From assembly GCA_036172245.1 (NCBI GenBank), contig JAYWIR010000135.1, positions 1 to 64,000 on the forward strand: a stretch of 64,000 nt of DNA, written 5' to 3'. How positions within the stretch are numbered: position 1 is the first letter of the stretch; each line of letters begins with the position of its first letter. Source of the DNA: Raillietiella orientalis (lineage: Eukaryota). Positions 13,414-26,674 of this stretch are shown piece by piece. Both the position numbers and the translations under genes were made by a program. A model generated the notes under the pieces. The model was not told where the DNA came from. It did no database searches and saw only the letters and a list, made by a program, of their open reading frames with translations.

Positions 13414-14044
13414 ACTTCAACCTGCGCCTGCTTCCTAGTGCGCCGGCCACACTGAACGACCGCGTCAACGAGTTGTGCGCGCAAATGCAGACGTGCAACT
13501 CTCTGGCCGGAGATACAGACATGGAACGCAGCATCGATCTCGTTTACCTTGACCAGCACCTATGCTATTGCGTGGGCAGGCGCGGCAAGTTACCGTCCGA
13601 GCTGTCTGACCATGGCCGAATCGTGTTCGAAGTGCATTCGCGCGACAACGGCCCCCCCTCGTCAGAGTGGCGTCTCCTAGGGTACTGGCTGAAGCGTGCG
13701 GACGCGTCAGAACATCTCAGGCGCGTTCACACGGAACTTCGGGTTGCGGACGCTTCAGGACTGGGACCGCTTCAAGCGGTCGGTTCAGGAGTTCTGCGAA
13801 CGGTTTTCTCTACATCGCCTACCTCCAGGATTTCTGGAGGGGCCAAGAAACGAAAGGTGCTATCATCATGCTTGACGTTACGCGAAAACCCCCGACATGC
13901 GCATGTTAGCAGCTTCTTGAGCTGGAGCCGGGAGTCAAGCCTGGCAATCCGGGTCGGAAAGCTTGCTGGACGACCAGGGCCGGGAGCACGCAACTCCTGC
14001 TCAGAAGCGCGGGATTATCCGCAAATTTTACTCCTCCCTGTACG

Positions 14045-17000
14045 TTGCCACACGGTCACGTCGGGACGTTTATTGTAAACTCTCTTTACAAATTGTGGTA
14101 CTTGGCCCCACTACGGCCAACTCAACAGGAAATGCCGGGCCACCGGTACGCAGACCGGCGCGACTCTCCTCGGCAGCGGAAAAGAGTGGGGAAAAACAAA
14201 AAGAAAAATAAAAGAGAAAAGCAAAAAGAAGTTGGAGGGCGGGGAAGGGATCACCGTCCACTGGGAGGAGGGACCATCCTTTCCAGGATGCCCTCGAGGT
14301 ACGTCCGAATGATTCCCAGGTGGGGCCATCTGGTTGCAAGCCCTAGGTAGCGTACTTCCAGTTCGACGGCACCCCTCTCGTAAACTTGGTCTTCTGTAAT
14401 CGCTTTAGCTTCTCACGAACCCTCGGATGCAGCAGAGAGCTACCAGAGCGGCGGCTGGTCGCAGGGCATCCTGCACGAAAAGAAGCCGAAAAACGTCTCT
14501 GGGCTGGCTGCACTCCTGCAGCTGTAGGGAGGTACCAAGACGCTTCCACAGGGGTCGGAGGGCAGCGCAATCAACCAAGAGGTGGGGGAGGGTTTCCCGC
14601 TCCCCACACCTGATGCAGGCAGGATCTAATCGACACCTGGTCCAGTGGTGGCGGCGTGCGTTGCAGGGTAGACCCCAAGGCAACAGCAGAAGCGCCGACT
14701 CCTGCCACTTCAGGGGGAGGATCCTCGATCCAATAAAATCCGGGGGTCACATCAGGTCATCCATCGGGATACCGAGCAGCTCGCCCCATCTCTTCAAACC
14801 ACGCGGGAGGACACTTCGGGTAGTGGCATCGACCAGTTGCGCCGTGGTCCAGCCGCTTAACTTCTTCTCTCTGCCTGCGATTCGGCAGTAGACTTGTCAC
14901 CTAGGCGTGCGGCTTCTGAAGAGCGCCCTCCTCAGGAAGGGCCTCGCCGTAGCTAGGTGCGTGGTCTCGGCCCACCTGCACAGGGCGGGACATTGCAAGA
15001 AGGTCCGCAGGCTGCCGCGGGCACGGTTGTAGAATCGCAGGCAGTTGTAGTTTTCTTCTCCTTGGGCATTTAACCTCGCACACGTTCCAACAGATTCCTC
15101 CAGCCATGCAGAGGAGTTAGCGTCGCTGCATGCAATCCAGACGTTCTCCTTCATCAATGTTGCCATGCGTTTGTGCAGTACGCCGCATCTTCTTATCTTC
15201 TGGCCTGGGCGCAGAAGAAAAGACGCGAGTCAATCGCAGCGGGACACACGGCTGTCTAGGAGGCGGGCCGGAATGCACCAAGGGGTGCTCCATAACTTCG
15301 CTGCGATTGCCAGAGTACGCCATCGCAGCTGACTATCCATTCGCTCCAGCGTCAAGAGGCCGAGACCGTCATCCCTACGCAGAGCACACAAGTCCATCAA
15401 CGGGATTCGGGGTCTCCCTCTTCCCCAAATGGCGATCCTTAGGAGGTCCTTTGTCCGTTTCTTCAACTGCGGCGGGACGAGGCAAACAAAAAGCAGGAGG
15501 CGGAGTATAAGAGCCGCGAACGCTTTCCATACCGCATTCCGTTCCCGAAGGAGTAGCCTGTCTTCCAAGAACGGGCCGATCGCCAACTATACTTTCCGGA
15601 GACGACCCGACCACGCTTCCTAAGGGGAATAGTCCCCCAACGGCACACCAAGGTACTTCAAGCATCTCGCCGTAAGGATCCTCAAACAAATCCAATCAGG
15701 CAGTCCCACCCTCGTCGCACCAACCGCTATCACCGATTACTTCGCCTTATTTACCCGTAGTCCAGTCCCGTGGCTTAGCAGATCGAAGAAATCCTCGACT
15801 GCGGCTACCGGGGCGGACATGGGCAAAAGAAGCAGAAGATCATCGGCTTAAGCCGCTACGGCGGGCGTACCGGGGCAGGAGCTCGGCAAGGGGGCCAAAT
15901 TAACCCTGTATGCTCTCAGCACCAACTCAAAGTAGGTGCTGAAGAGCAGAAGACGCAGGCTATCGCCCTGCGTGATGCCCCGTCGCACCGGCACGCCGCA
16001 CACTTGTTGATTATTGAAAGAGACGTTGATTATAGCGTTGCGCCAGCAGGAGCGCAGGTAGGTTAGTAGGGAGGGTGGTGAGCTCATGCGACCCAGGGGC
16101 TCCAGCAAGAGCTCCTGTTCCACGCAGTCGAACAATTTATGCAGATCGACCGCGAACACTTGGGCGCCATTCTCCGGCCCGGTGTTTCTTCCCTGCCCGG
16201 CCGGCACCCCCAAAGCGGGGTAGCCCCTCACACGCTCACGATCTTGTTTACTACTCTGCCAGCAAAACCATGTGATCGCGAAGAACAGGTTGGCATCCAT
16301 ACTACGGCCGGGAACAGCGTAATTCTGTTCCGGGCTAATTACGCATTCTGCCATTTGTCCTAGACGCGACGCCCACAGTCCGGCGATCAGCTTGGCGTCC
16401 GTATTCACAATGGTGATCGGACGCCAGTTGCTGAGTTCTCTGAGGTCTCCTCTCTTGGGAAGGAGCCTCACTCTGGCTGACCGAAACGAGGCGGGAACAT
16501 CGCCTTCGTATGGGATAAGCCTTGTCAACTGAAGCACCAGGGGTGCAAACTCTGCTGCGAAGCATTGAAAAAACTCCGCGGTCAGGCCGTCCTTTCCTGG
16601 TGCTTTCCGCCACTTGAGCCTTTTGATACCGGCGAGAATATCGCCGGTGGTAGAAGGCTCGTCGAGGCTTTGCTTCTCCTCTTCCCCTATTGACGATGCA
16701 CCATCCCGAAGCAAGCGCCGAGAGGCATTTTGTTCCGGAGGCCTCCTAGCGTAAAGGGAGGAATGATAACATCGCACGAGGTGCCGTATTCTAGCCAAAG
16801 CGGAGTGCTACCGGCCCTGGTCGTCTAGCAAGCTGGCCGACCCGAATTGCCAGGCTTGACGTTCGGCCCCGCCTCGATACTCCGCCAGGCGACGGATGTT
16901 GGGGGTCCTTGCGTAACGGCAGGCATACAAATACGCCCGTTCGTTACGGACCCCATCCTTAAATCCGGGGGGCAAGCGGTGCAAGGGGAACTCCTATCAG

Positions 17001-19946
17001 AACTCGCGGTCCGTGGCCTTAAAAAAGTCGCAATCAGCGAGATTCAGGAGGGTGACGCCTCAGTAATTGGCGAATATGTGCTTTCAGAACTGAGAATAGC
17101 GTCCAGTCCCCAGGCAGCTGTCATGCCCTGGAAGAAGGACTTTTGTCGCGCAAGCACATTTCGATAAATAGCCGGGAATGGTTCCACAGCGTCGACGCAA
17201 CTCTTCTTCGATTGCCGACCCGTGGATACAGATCAGCATCCAGGAAAAAATGGTCGATGCTCTTGGCCATTTCCGGGAGATCCCATAACAAGTTGAGCGT
17301 GCGCATGGCAGCGTGCAACTCCTTGGCCGTCCGCTTTTGTGCGTGGGCATCACCTGAGAGCAGGCGCAGGTTGAAATCGCCTGCAATCAGGTGAGCCCTG
17401 CGCACGTTCGCTTCCACCAGCAAGTCGCGCTTGAGGGTCTCCAGGAACGCCGCACGTTGCTGGTACCTGGCAGGACCTCTCGGAGCGTACACATTTGTTA
17501 CGACGAGGTCGATCGTGTCGGACCACCTGAGAATCAGCTGGCCGACACGACCGGCTTCTTCGAAGCGCACGCCTTTCACGGCTGCGTCGACTGCCGGCTT
17601 TATTAAAAACGCAACGCCGCAGGTGAATCGGGTGAACCATTGCTACATAAGCCGCCCCCCTGCGATCCTTTCGATCTCCTAGGCGTTCTCCGCGGTGATC
17701 ACGTGGATATCCTGCAGTAGCGCCACGTCGAAGTCACGCAGGGTGGCGGCCGTGTCCCGTATGTTGCCGTCGTCGCGCAGCCCATTCACGCTCCAGCAGG
17801 CCACGCGTAATTGACGGCGACAGGCGAGCCCAGGTATTACTCCAGGGACGGTGGCAATGGGACTCCCGCCACCTGGTCGGGCGGGACGGATGAAGGAATG
17901 GGATCACCGCGCACCGATTCACCCTCCTGCATGGGGGCCGATTCCTCAGCGGACTGCAACGGTTGAAGGGGGCGGGATTCACGCACCTGCTCCCCCTCTA
18001 TCATGTGGGCCGATTCGTCGACTGCGCTGGACGGCAGGGGGAAGCGCTTGTCAGCGGTCTGCTCCCCCTCCTCCATGGCTATCTCTTGAGCAGGTTCCAC
18101 CGTTGGAAGGGGGCGGCAATCACTCACCTTCTCCCCCTTCTCCATGGGGGTCGCCAGATGCTTGGTAGCGGAAGGTGGGAAAGTCGTTCCCTCCGTTCCC
18201 ACGCTGTTGGCTTCCACCTCGGTTGCCGGTGCGTCCCCCTCTTTCTTTGTCGGGATGCGCCTCTTCGGATTCTTGGAATTCCGTCCAGTCTTCTTCGGAG
18301 GCGCCTCCGCGGAGGAGGACGAACTTCCGGCATTCGCGTCGTGGTCACCATTCGGAGGCGCCCTGGTCGCGGCCGGCATTCGCAAGGTTTTTCGTGCGCC
18401 GTTCACACGGTCCGCGAGTTCCGCCGTGAGCTCTTTCGCTGCCTGTTGGAAGCCGGCGTCCTCGATTGCAGCGTGCGCGTCGCTCGGCTCCCCCTCTGTT
18501 TGCACAAAGGGTTCGCCTTCCTTGATCGCGGCTTCAGCGTCAACCAGGCGGGAGATATCTCCCACGGTGGACGTCTGGGGTATCAACACTCGCTCCAAAG
18601 CGAGCGAACATTCGCGGAGCAAAGCGCGGGGTTGCATTCTATTTAGAAAAGCTGTCGCGGGTTCCGCTGTCGATTCTTCGGTTTTCTGGCTTTTTTTACT
18701 TTTCGGCTTCGCAGTTCGCTAGTGGTTGTTGTCACCAGCGTCGTCGGGAGGATTCTCCACCGTTGTTTGCTGGGAGCATTTGGACTCTGGCTTTTTGCTG
18801 GGCCTTTCCTTTGCTTTTTGGAGCTTGCTTGATTTCTCCAAACGTTTCCCCTTACCTTTTTTCAATTCAAAGGGCGCTGGAGGTTCTTGCTTTAGCACAC
18901 TTTTTAGAAGTGGCTCTTCTCTCCGCAGTTGAAACATTGGATGTGAGGGCACCGTGTTCTCCGGTGCCCTGTTGCATCACAGTGCCCACAGTACTTGGGC
19001 TTGCCCACGTACCAGACGTCGACGACCCCGTTGCCGACGTCGAGTTTGTGGGGCAGCCCACCGTTTTCGTGGACGGTCAAACGCGCTGCAGCCATGCCAC
19101 TGAACAGTCTTCCGTATGTTCGAAAGAAGTTGGGCTTGGTCCAGAGCGCGTGCACCGTACCATGTTTTCGCAACTGTTCCTGCACGCCAGCTTCTGTCAT
19201 GCGCAGAGTTACACCGGTAAGGTGGGCAACAATGGAGCGGTCCTTTCTCACAGGGAAGACCTTCAGGCCTTTCAGAGTGATGGGAGTGTTCAGCATGCGT
19301 TAAGCAAAGACTTGAATTTTTGCAAGTCAGCTCCACCCGCTGGCCCTTACTCATCACGTATAGACCTTCCAGGTCTTTCTCTTTCGCATCCAACTGCTGT
19401 AACTCTCTTTCAAAGTTACGAGCGGTGTTTCTTAGAAACAGATTTTCTACTTTGTAAATCAGGGACGGCTTGTATCCTTGTTCAAGGTAGGCGCGCTGTT
19501 ATGCTAAGGCTGCAGGAGATGGCGCTGCATCCACTGAGCTCCAGGTCTTCGTCGTTGCCGAGGAAGGAACCAAAGACGCGGTTGCTCCCTTTTTCAAGCG
19601 GGAGGTTGCGCCCTTTTGCAAGGCGGCGGATGTCCCCTTTTTCAAGGGGGCGGTTGCTGCCTTTTCCATGAGGGCGGTTGCCCTTTTGTTCAAGGTCGCG
19701 GTAGCCGTCGTTTTCGGAGAGGCGGTTGCCCTCTTTTTCATGGAGGCAGCTGCCCTCTCATCCGTGCGGGCGGTTGCCTCCACCTCAATGGGTTGGGGAG
19801 AGGAACAATCCTCTCCCCCGCCGACTTCCATCGCGGTGTCCTTAGGCATTTCTGCCATTGGACACCGCAGATGCTCCACACACAAACACTAACGAAAAGG
19901 AACGCTCTACAACAGGCGTAGAGGAGAGCGGAAAAAACACGTCCGC
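14045..19946 (-). mobile_element. Full-length degenerate LINE copy C1 (~5.9 kb) nested antisense in B1
   Basis: 5' GCGGACGTG at 19946; ORF1 19858-17837 with CGHCDATGHRRTRC and CFNCGEKSH; ORF2 17837 to ~14250; terminus AATAAACGTCCCGACGTGACCGTGTG-GCAA. Confidence 0.9.
19580..19775 (-). repeat. Degenerate 24 bp coding tandem repeat (ATAxLKKG) in the ORF1 N-terminus of subfamily C
   Basis: ATATLNKR ATALMEKA ATAPLKKG TSAALQKG ATSRLKKG; homologous array near 29230-29410. Confidence 0.8.
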
Positions 19947-22289
19947 ACGCCAAGTTGCTAGCTAAGGTTTGGGCAGAGCGTCTGGGACGGGTTGCCAACA
20001 TCTTCATCAGCCCGGAACAGGCATATGCTGTTTCCGGGCGAAGCATAAAGGCGAACCTGTTCCACGATTCCACATGGTGAAAGCTCCAACAAGGAAGCGG
20101 CTTATTGAGCAGCCGAACTTCCGTTGCGTCGGTTGGTGGGATACGGGACGATCAGGTAGGGAATCGAGCCCTTCCTGTCGCTGTCGACTTGCGTAAACAT
20201 TCGACTGTGTCGACCAGAATCTCCTGCTGGAGCTTCTGGAACGCTTGGGTTTTTCGGCCTCTTTGTTGGCCTACCTGCGCTCCAGCTTGCTCGATGCGCT
20301 CATTAGTGTCTTTTTAGCGCGCTGACCGTGCACGGCGTACCGGTGCGACAAGGCATACGGAAAAGAGACAGATTGAGCCCCCTGCTCTTTTGCGCCTTTA
20401 TCGAATTGGTGCTGAGAGCGTACATGGGGAGTCTGGCGCACCTGCCGCGCGATTGTCCCGGTACGCCTGCGATTTCAGCATACGCGGACGATCTTCAGCT
20501 GCTGCTCCCTATGTGCACCCCTGCTTCGACGGTCCAGGAGTTCTTCGACCTGCTGAGTCGGGGACCAGGACTAGCGGTGCGCAGCGCGAAGTCGTCCATG
20601 ATGCCATTTCGAGCGGCGTGGGCAAAGCAGAAGGACTGGGTCCGTTTGGTTATCCCTACGGTGATTTTCTTCAACTACCTTGGTGTGCCGTTGGGGGAAT
20701 ACTTCCCTACCGAAGCGTGGTACGGCTGCCTTCAGAAGGCTCAGGCGGCGATCGGCTTGTTTCAGGACGGCAGGTTCTACCTGCAGGAACGAGCCGCGGT
20801 GTAAACCGCGTTTTCGGCCCCCCTCATTCGCTTCTTGCTTTTTGATTGCCCTCCCTCAGCGGAGTAAAATAAAAGGACGAAGAACCTCCTGAGGATAGCC
20901 CTTTGTGGCAGAGGGAGGCCCTGAGTCCGTCTCGCGCACTTGTGCGCTCCAGCGACGGTACGGCGGTCTTGGTCTCCTGACTCTGCAGAGGCTGGAGCTT
21001 CAGATCCAGTTCAGGAGTGTTGCCTTTATGGCAGAAAATTGGTGCACCACCTGGTGCCTCCCTGAATGTCTGCTCGTCGAACGGGCCACCGACAATGAGT
21101 AACTCTCGTTCTTCTTTGCACTCCGAAGCCCCATCTGCCATTGCGGACTTCAGCTTCGAAGGGCGGCCAAGGTCGTGAAGACCAACTCGGAACGGATCTT
21201 CGTACGCCCAGCGAATGGTTCTGCCTGGCTTCAGGAAACCGTCCGCACGTAGGCGATGACTCAGGAGCCGAGCCCGCAACACGAGCGAATAGCTCTGTTT
21301 GGGCCGCACGTTCACCGAACGCCACCAGAAATCATCGAGGATCCCCGAAGGAGAGCGTGGGCACAAAGAACCTCCCTTGCTGCGGCACTGCCTACCCTAC
21401 GGGAACATCTGGGTAGCGACGTCGCGGCACAATGGAAGGTTAGTGTCAAAATCGCAGCATGGCAAAAAAGATCGGGAATTGGAGAACGGGTCAGCTCACC
21501 AACGCTGCGTCCCCGAGGACCACCCCAAATGGACTCTTGCGCTGGGGAGAGCTACTGGATGTTCCAGAGGAACATCTCGAGTGGCCCCCGGTGCTCATGG
21601 ACTCGCGCACCCTACCCATGAAGTGGCAAGATTCGGCACTGCTGGTGTTGCATTGACGGCTTCCTTGGAACGTCCGCCGACACCACTGGACGCAGGGGGT
21701 GTCAACCCTAATTGTGTCAAATGCGGGGAGAGGGAATTCCTCCCCCACCTGTTAGTGGATTGTGTTGCCCTTCGTCCCTTGTAGAAACGCTTTGGCACAG
21801 CCCTGGAGATCCCCGGTGGCAACCTCAGAGACACTTTGCGCTCCCTCTTCGTCCGTGACGCCCTGCCTCCAGCGGCCTCGCTTGCAGCCCTGTACTGCCT
21901 ACGCGGAGTCGTCGTGGCATGGAGCAAAGCGACGGGAGGATCCAGCGACAAGATCGCCACCGTGTACGCCGCCCGTTTCCTTAGGATGGCAACGTGATGA
22001 CTCCATCTGAAATCCACCATTCAGAAACAGCTTGCCGGCATCCTCCAGAGGATGACTGACCCTCCCAGCGGACAGTGATTCCTTCCCGCTCCACTTCGGG
22101 TTCGTTTATTCCTTTGTTTTGTTTTTCTTTGAATCCCCCTCACCTCTGATGCCGAGGTCGACCGCGCCGGTCTGTGCACCGGTAGCCCAACAGGTTGACT
22201 GTTTCCAAGGCGTGGCTGGACTACTCGTCCAGTCACAGATTATATAAGTTTATTTGAAAAAATAAATGTCCCGGCGTACCGAGTTTCAA

Positions 22290-22995
22290 GTGAGATTGCA
22301 GAGGGTGACGGCTCACAGGAATTCGCGAAGGTGTTACTTCGCACCTGAGAGTCGCGTCCAGTCCCCAGACAGCCGCCACGCTCTTGAAGGAGGACCCTTT
22401 TCGCGCGGGCATACCTCGATAATTAACCGGGAATGGTCCGACAGCATCGACGCAACTCTCCTTCGATTGGCGACCCGTGGACACAGATGAGCATCCAGGA
22501 AAAAATGGTCGATGCTGTTGGCCATTCCCGGGAGTTCTCCTAACAAGTTGCGCGTGCGCATGGCAGCGCACAACTCGTTGGCCGTCTGCATCTGAGCGTG
22601 GACATCACCTGAGAGCAGGCGCTGGTTGAAATCGCCAGCAATCAGGTGAGCCCTGCTTACGTTAGCTTCCACCAGCCAGTCGCGCTTTAGGGTTTGCAGG
22701 AACGCCTTACGTTCCTGGTACCTGGCAGGACCGTTCGGGGCATACACGTTTGCAACGACGAGGGCGATCCTGTCGCACTACCTGAGAATCAGCTGGCCGA
22801 CACGTCCGGCTTCGTGGAAGCGCACGCCCTTCACGGCTGAGTCGACCGCCGGCTCCATACAAAACGCGATGCCGCAGGTGTATGCGGTGTCGCATTGTCA
22901 CACAAGCCTTCCTCCTTTGCGATCCTTTTGATCTCCTGAGCGTTCTCCGCAATCATCATGTGCATCTCTTGCAGGAGCGCCAGATGGAAGTCACG
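22290..22995 (-). pseudogene. Endonuclease fragment of a subfamily C host
   Basis: YAP, GDFN, IDH, SDH in ORF 22334-22747; homologous to 17050-17740. Confidence 0.88.
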
Positions 22996-22997
22996 TA

Positions 22998-25282
22998 TAG
23001 AACAGACGTATGGTGTTCCTGGGGAAGTATGGAGGCGAACCTGTTCCACGCTTCCAACTGGCTAGAGCTTCAACACGAAAGGGGCTTGATGCGCACCGGG
23101 AATTCCGGTGAGTCCGTCAGTCATGCGACGGATGGTCGGAAGGGAAAGGGAGCACTTGCGGTCGCTGTCGACTTGCGTAAAGCAATCGACAGCGTCGACC
23201 AGAATCTCCTGCTGGAGCTTTTGAAACGCTTGAGCTCCCGGCCTCATTATTGGTTTATCTGCACTCTAGCTGGCGCGATTCGCAAATCAATGTAACTTTC
23301 AGCGGGCATACTGTTCACGGCGTGCCGGTGCGACGTAGGATCCGGCAAGGAGACAGCTAGAGCCACTTGCTCTTCAGTACCTACTTTGAGTTGGTACTGA
23401 GAGCGTACAGGGAAACTCTGGCGCAACTGCCGCATGAATGCGCGGGAACGCCTGCGGTTTCAGCATATGCGGACGACCTCCTGCTACTGCTCCCTATGTC
23501 CACCCCGGCTTCGGCGGTCGAGAAGTTCTTCGACCTGCTGAATCGAGGAACCGGGCTTACGGTGAACAAAGCGAAGTCGTCCGTGATGCCAGTTGGTGCG
23601 GCGTGGGCAGGGTAGCAGGACTGGGTCCGTTTGGGGATCCCCAGGGTGAGGTACTTCAAGTACCTTGGTGTGCTGCTGGGGGACTACTCCCCTGCGGAAG
23701 CGTGGTCCGGCTGCCTTCAAAAAATAGAAACGGCTATCGGCCCGTTCCGAGGAGGCACGTTTTTCCTGCATGAACGGGCCGTGGTTTGGAACATGTTCGC
23801 GGCTTCTCTACTCCGTTCAATGCTTTTTGTTTGCACCCTCACAGCGAGGATCAAAAAGCGGACGAAGGACCTCCTCCGTATCGCCCTTTGGGGCAACGGG
23901 AGGGCCGGAGTACGCTTGAAGGACTTGTGCGCTCGGCGTCGGGACGGTGGTCTCGGCCTCCTCACATTGTAGCGGCTGGAGCTGCAGCTACAGTTCCGGA
24001 TTTTGGCACTTGTGCCGGAGTTGTGGTTCACATGTTGGTGCGTCCCTGCACGTCTTTTCCTTCAGCAAGTTACCGGGAAGACGGGAATTACGTCGTTTCT
24101 TGCACTCCATCGAAGCCGCATCGACCGATGTGGGCTTCAGCTACGGAGGGTGGCTGCGCTGCCAACGAAATATGAAGGATGGATCACCTGTCTCACCGCA
24201 AACGGTACTGCGTGGCTGCAAGAAACCGTTCGCACGTGGGAACAGTTCGGTATGCAACCCTCCCATCAGGAACGAAGGTTCCTGTTTGGATGTTACAGAA
24301 GTTGCACGCTCCGTGAGATCCTGGAGGATCCTAAGAAGAGAGCGTGGTCAGGAAGAACCCCCTCGCTGCTGCGATGGACTCCCAAGTGGAACATCAGGAC
24401 AGCGATGTTGCGGCGGAGTGGGAGGTTACAATAAAAATCTCCGGGAAGGAGAAGAAGCAGAGAGAGCGGAAGACGGGCCAGCTAACTGACGCTGCGACCC
24501 TGAGTACGCCTCCTAATGGACTTCTGCGCTGGGGAGCGCTGCTGGATGTTTCGATTGAACATCTGAAGTGGCCCCCGATTCTTATGAACACTTCCATCCT
24601 CCCCCTAAAATGGCAAGAGTCGGCATTCCAGTTGCAGCACTGGGGACTCCCCTGCAACGCCCGTCGACATTACTGGACCTGGGCAGCGGTGGATCCCAAT
24701 TGCGTTCGATGTGGGGAACGGGAGTCCCTCTCCCACCTGCTAGTGGATTGTGTTGCTCTTCTCCCCTTTGGTTCCGCTTTGCCTCGGCCATCGGTATCCC
24801 TTGCAGCAACCCCAGGGACGCACTAAAAGCCTTCTTCGTTGCCGACGCCCTGCGGCCAGCGTCCTTGATAGCAGCCTTGTGCTGCCTTCGTGGGATCGTC
24901 GCCGCCTGGAGCACGGCGACGGGAGGACCTAGCGATCAGGAAGCCATCCAGTGCGCCTAGGAATTCCTGAGAAGGGCGTCGCGATGGCCCCACCTGAATG
25001 TTCAGAACAAACAAGAGCTTGTTAGCATCCTGAGAGGGATGATGCGGCCCCAGCAGCAACAGTGATCCCTCCCCGTTCCCTCCCACCGTTTGTTTCTTTT
25101 TGTTTAGTTTTTTTGTTTTTCCCCTTTCCTTTGCTGCCTTGGTAGACCGTACCGGTCGAGAAACTGGTGAATTGGCAGGCTCCGTGGTTCTTAGCTTCTG
25201 GCTAGAGCATGGTCACAGCCAATAATAATTTCTTTATAAAGTTTATTTTTAAATAAACGACCCGGAGAAATCCGGGTGAAAA
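22998..25282 (+). mobile_element. 5'-truncated LINE copy J (RT, zinc finger, 3' UTR)
   Basis: VDLRKA, YADD, CVRCGERE..H..C; terminus AATAAACGACCCGGAGAAATCCGGGTG-AAAA. Confidence 0.9.
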
Positions 25283-25410
25283 TCGAAAGCTTTACGCAAA
25301 TCGACTGCGACCGCAAGGGCTCCCGGCGCCGCATCTTCTTCGAGGCTTCCCTACCCCCTGTCAATGGAGAGTTCATGACTTTCCCGACGTAGCTGCGCCT
25401 TGCGTTTTTG
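25283..25410 (-). pseudogene. Short RT fragment ending at LAVAVDLRKAF
   Basis: Minus strand CTTGCGGTCGCAGTCGATTTGCGTAAAGCTTTCGA at 25317-25283. Confidence 0.7.
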
Positions 25411-26674
25411 CAGCTGCCAGCCTAAGGCTGCAAAGAAGGCCGTCAGACGTCCGGCGGATGTTAAAGGCCCGTAAACTTCCGGGTCCGTTGCGGAAGCCGG
25501 AAACCCTCCCACCGTCGCCCTCCCGAAGAGGAAGGCGGGCCGGAAGTCGCGCAACTCTATGCGTGTCGCTCCCCATCTGGCTTAGGAGGAGGAGATGCGC
25601 TCGGATGGTGAGGAGGCGATGTCCGCGAGTGTCGCGGAATCCCTCCATCGACAGCATCCGGTCGGTCCTTCCTATCGACCTCTGTCCGGCTGCAGACGTC
25701 CCGGTCGTTGCTGGAACGCCACCAGCGCAGATGTACAACGACCAGCCGCCTACCGAACAGGAGGCGGCTTTACACACCCCACCACCATCATTAGTATGAT
25801 GAGTGGAATCGCCTCTTGCCAGCAGCTGCATATTGCCTGTTGGAATGTCAACGGGCTGCGTAGCGAATGCAAGAGGTGTAGCGTGGCCGACACCCTGCGA
25901 CCTTTCGACCTGGCACTTCTCCAAGAGGTGCATGCCCTCAGAGCAGAGGACGTCCAAGAAATCAAGTGGCTCACAGGGGGGAGGCTAGTTTGGCGTGGTG
26001 GAGGAGACTTCTCCCGCGGAGTGGCCTTCCTGCTGAAGCCGGCCGTCGCCAATGTGGTGCGCAGTGCACAGTTCGACGAGAAAGTTCGACTTTGTCCTCA
26101 AGTGGTCCGAATCGATCGACCTGGTAGTCACGAACGTGTACGGGCCATGCAGCAGCCACATGCACGCAGAACGCACTGCGTTCTTCGAAGTCCTGCGAAG
26201 AGACTGGCTGGCCGAAGCAGGCGTGCGACGAGCGCATCTGATAGCGGGAAACTTCAACGTCCGCCTGCTGTCGGAAGCGCCCTACATACGTGCACAATTG
26301 GTCAACGAGTTGTGTGCGGCTATGCACACACGCAACTTGTTGGCCGATGAAGCCGGGGTGAGAAGCAGAATCGACCACGTGTTCCTCGATAACCACTTGC
26401 GTACGCGGGTGGGGACTCGAAGAGCAATTGCGTCGGAGCTGTCCGATCACCCTCGGCTAGTGATCAACATTCATCCGCACGACAGAGGTCCACTCTACCA
26501 AGCGTGGCGCCTGCCGGGGGAGTGGTTGCGACTCGCAGGAGCGCGCGAACATCTGCGCGCTTTCCTGCGTAGTTGCGAATTGCAGACTCTTGCTGACTGG
26601 GAAAAAATAAAACGCTAAGTCCGAGAGTTCTGTGACCAGTTTCCCCTCCATCAACTTCCTTCAGGTTTCCGCGA
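25411..26674 (+). mobile_element. LINE subfamily F fragment (ORF1 C-terminus and endonuclease)
   Basis: KKAVRRPA; WNVNGL, GNFN, IDH, SDH; homologous to 49960-51228 and 61300-62570. Confidence 0.88.

Larger units (their letters stand above)
9581..22289 (+). mobile_element. LINE copy B1 with both ends, interrupted by G1 and C1
   Basis: Pieces 9581-11504, 13414-14044 and 19947-22289 are collinear with B2. Flanked by an imperfect 17 bp TSD (9564-9580 / 22290-22306, 14/17 match). Confidence 0.88.
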
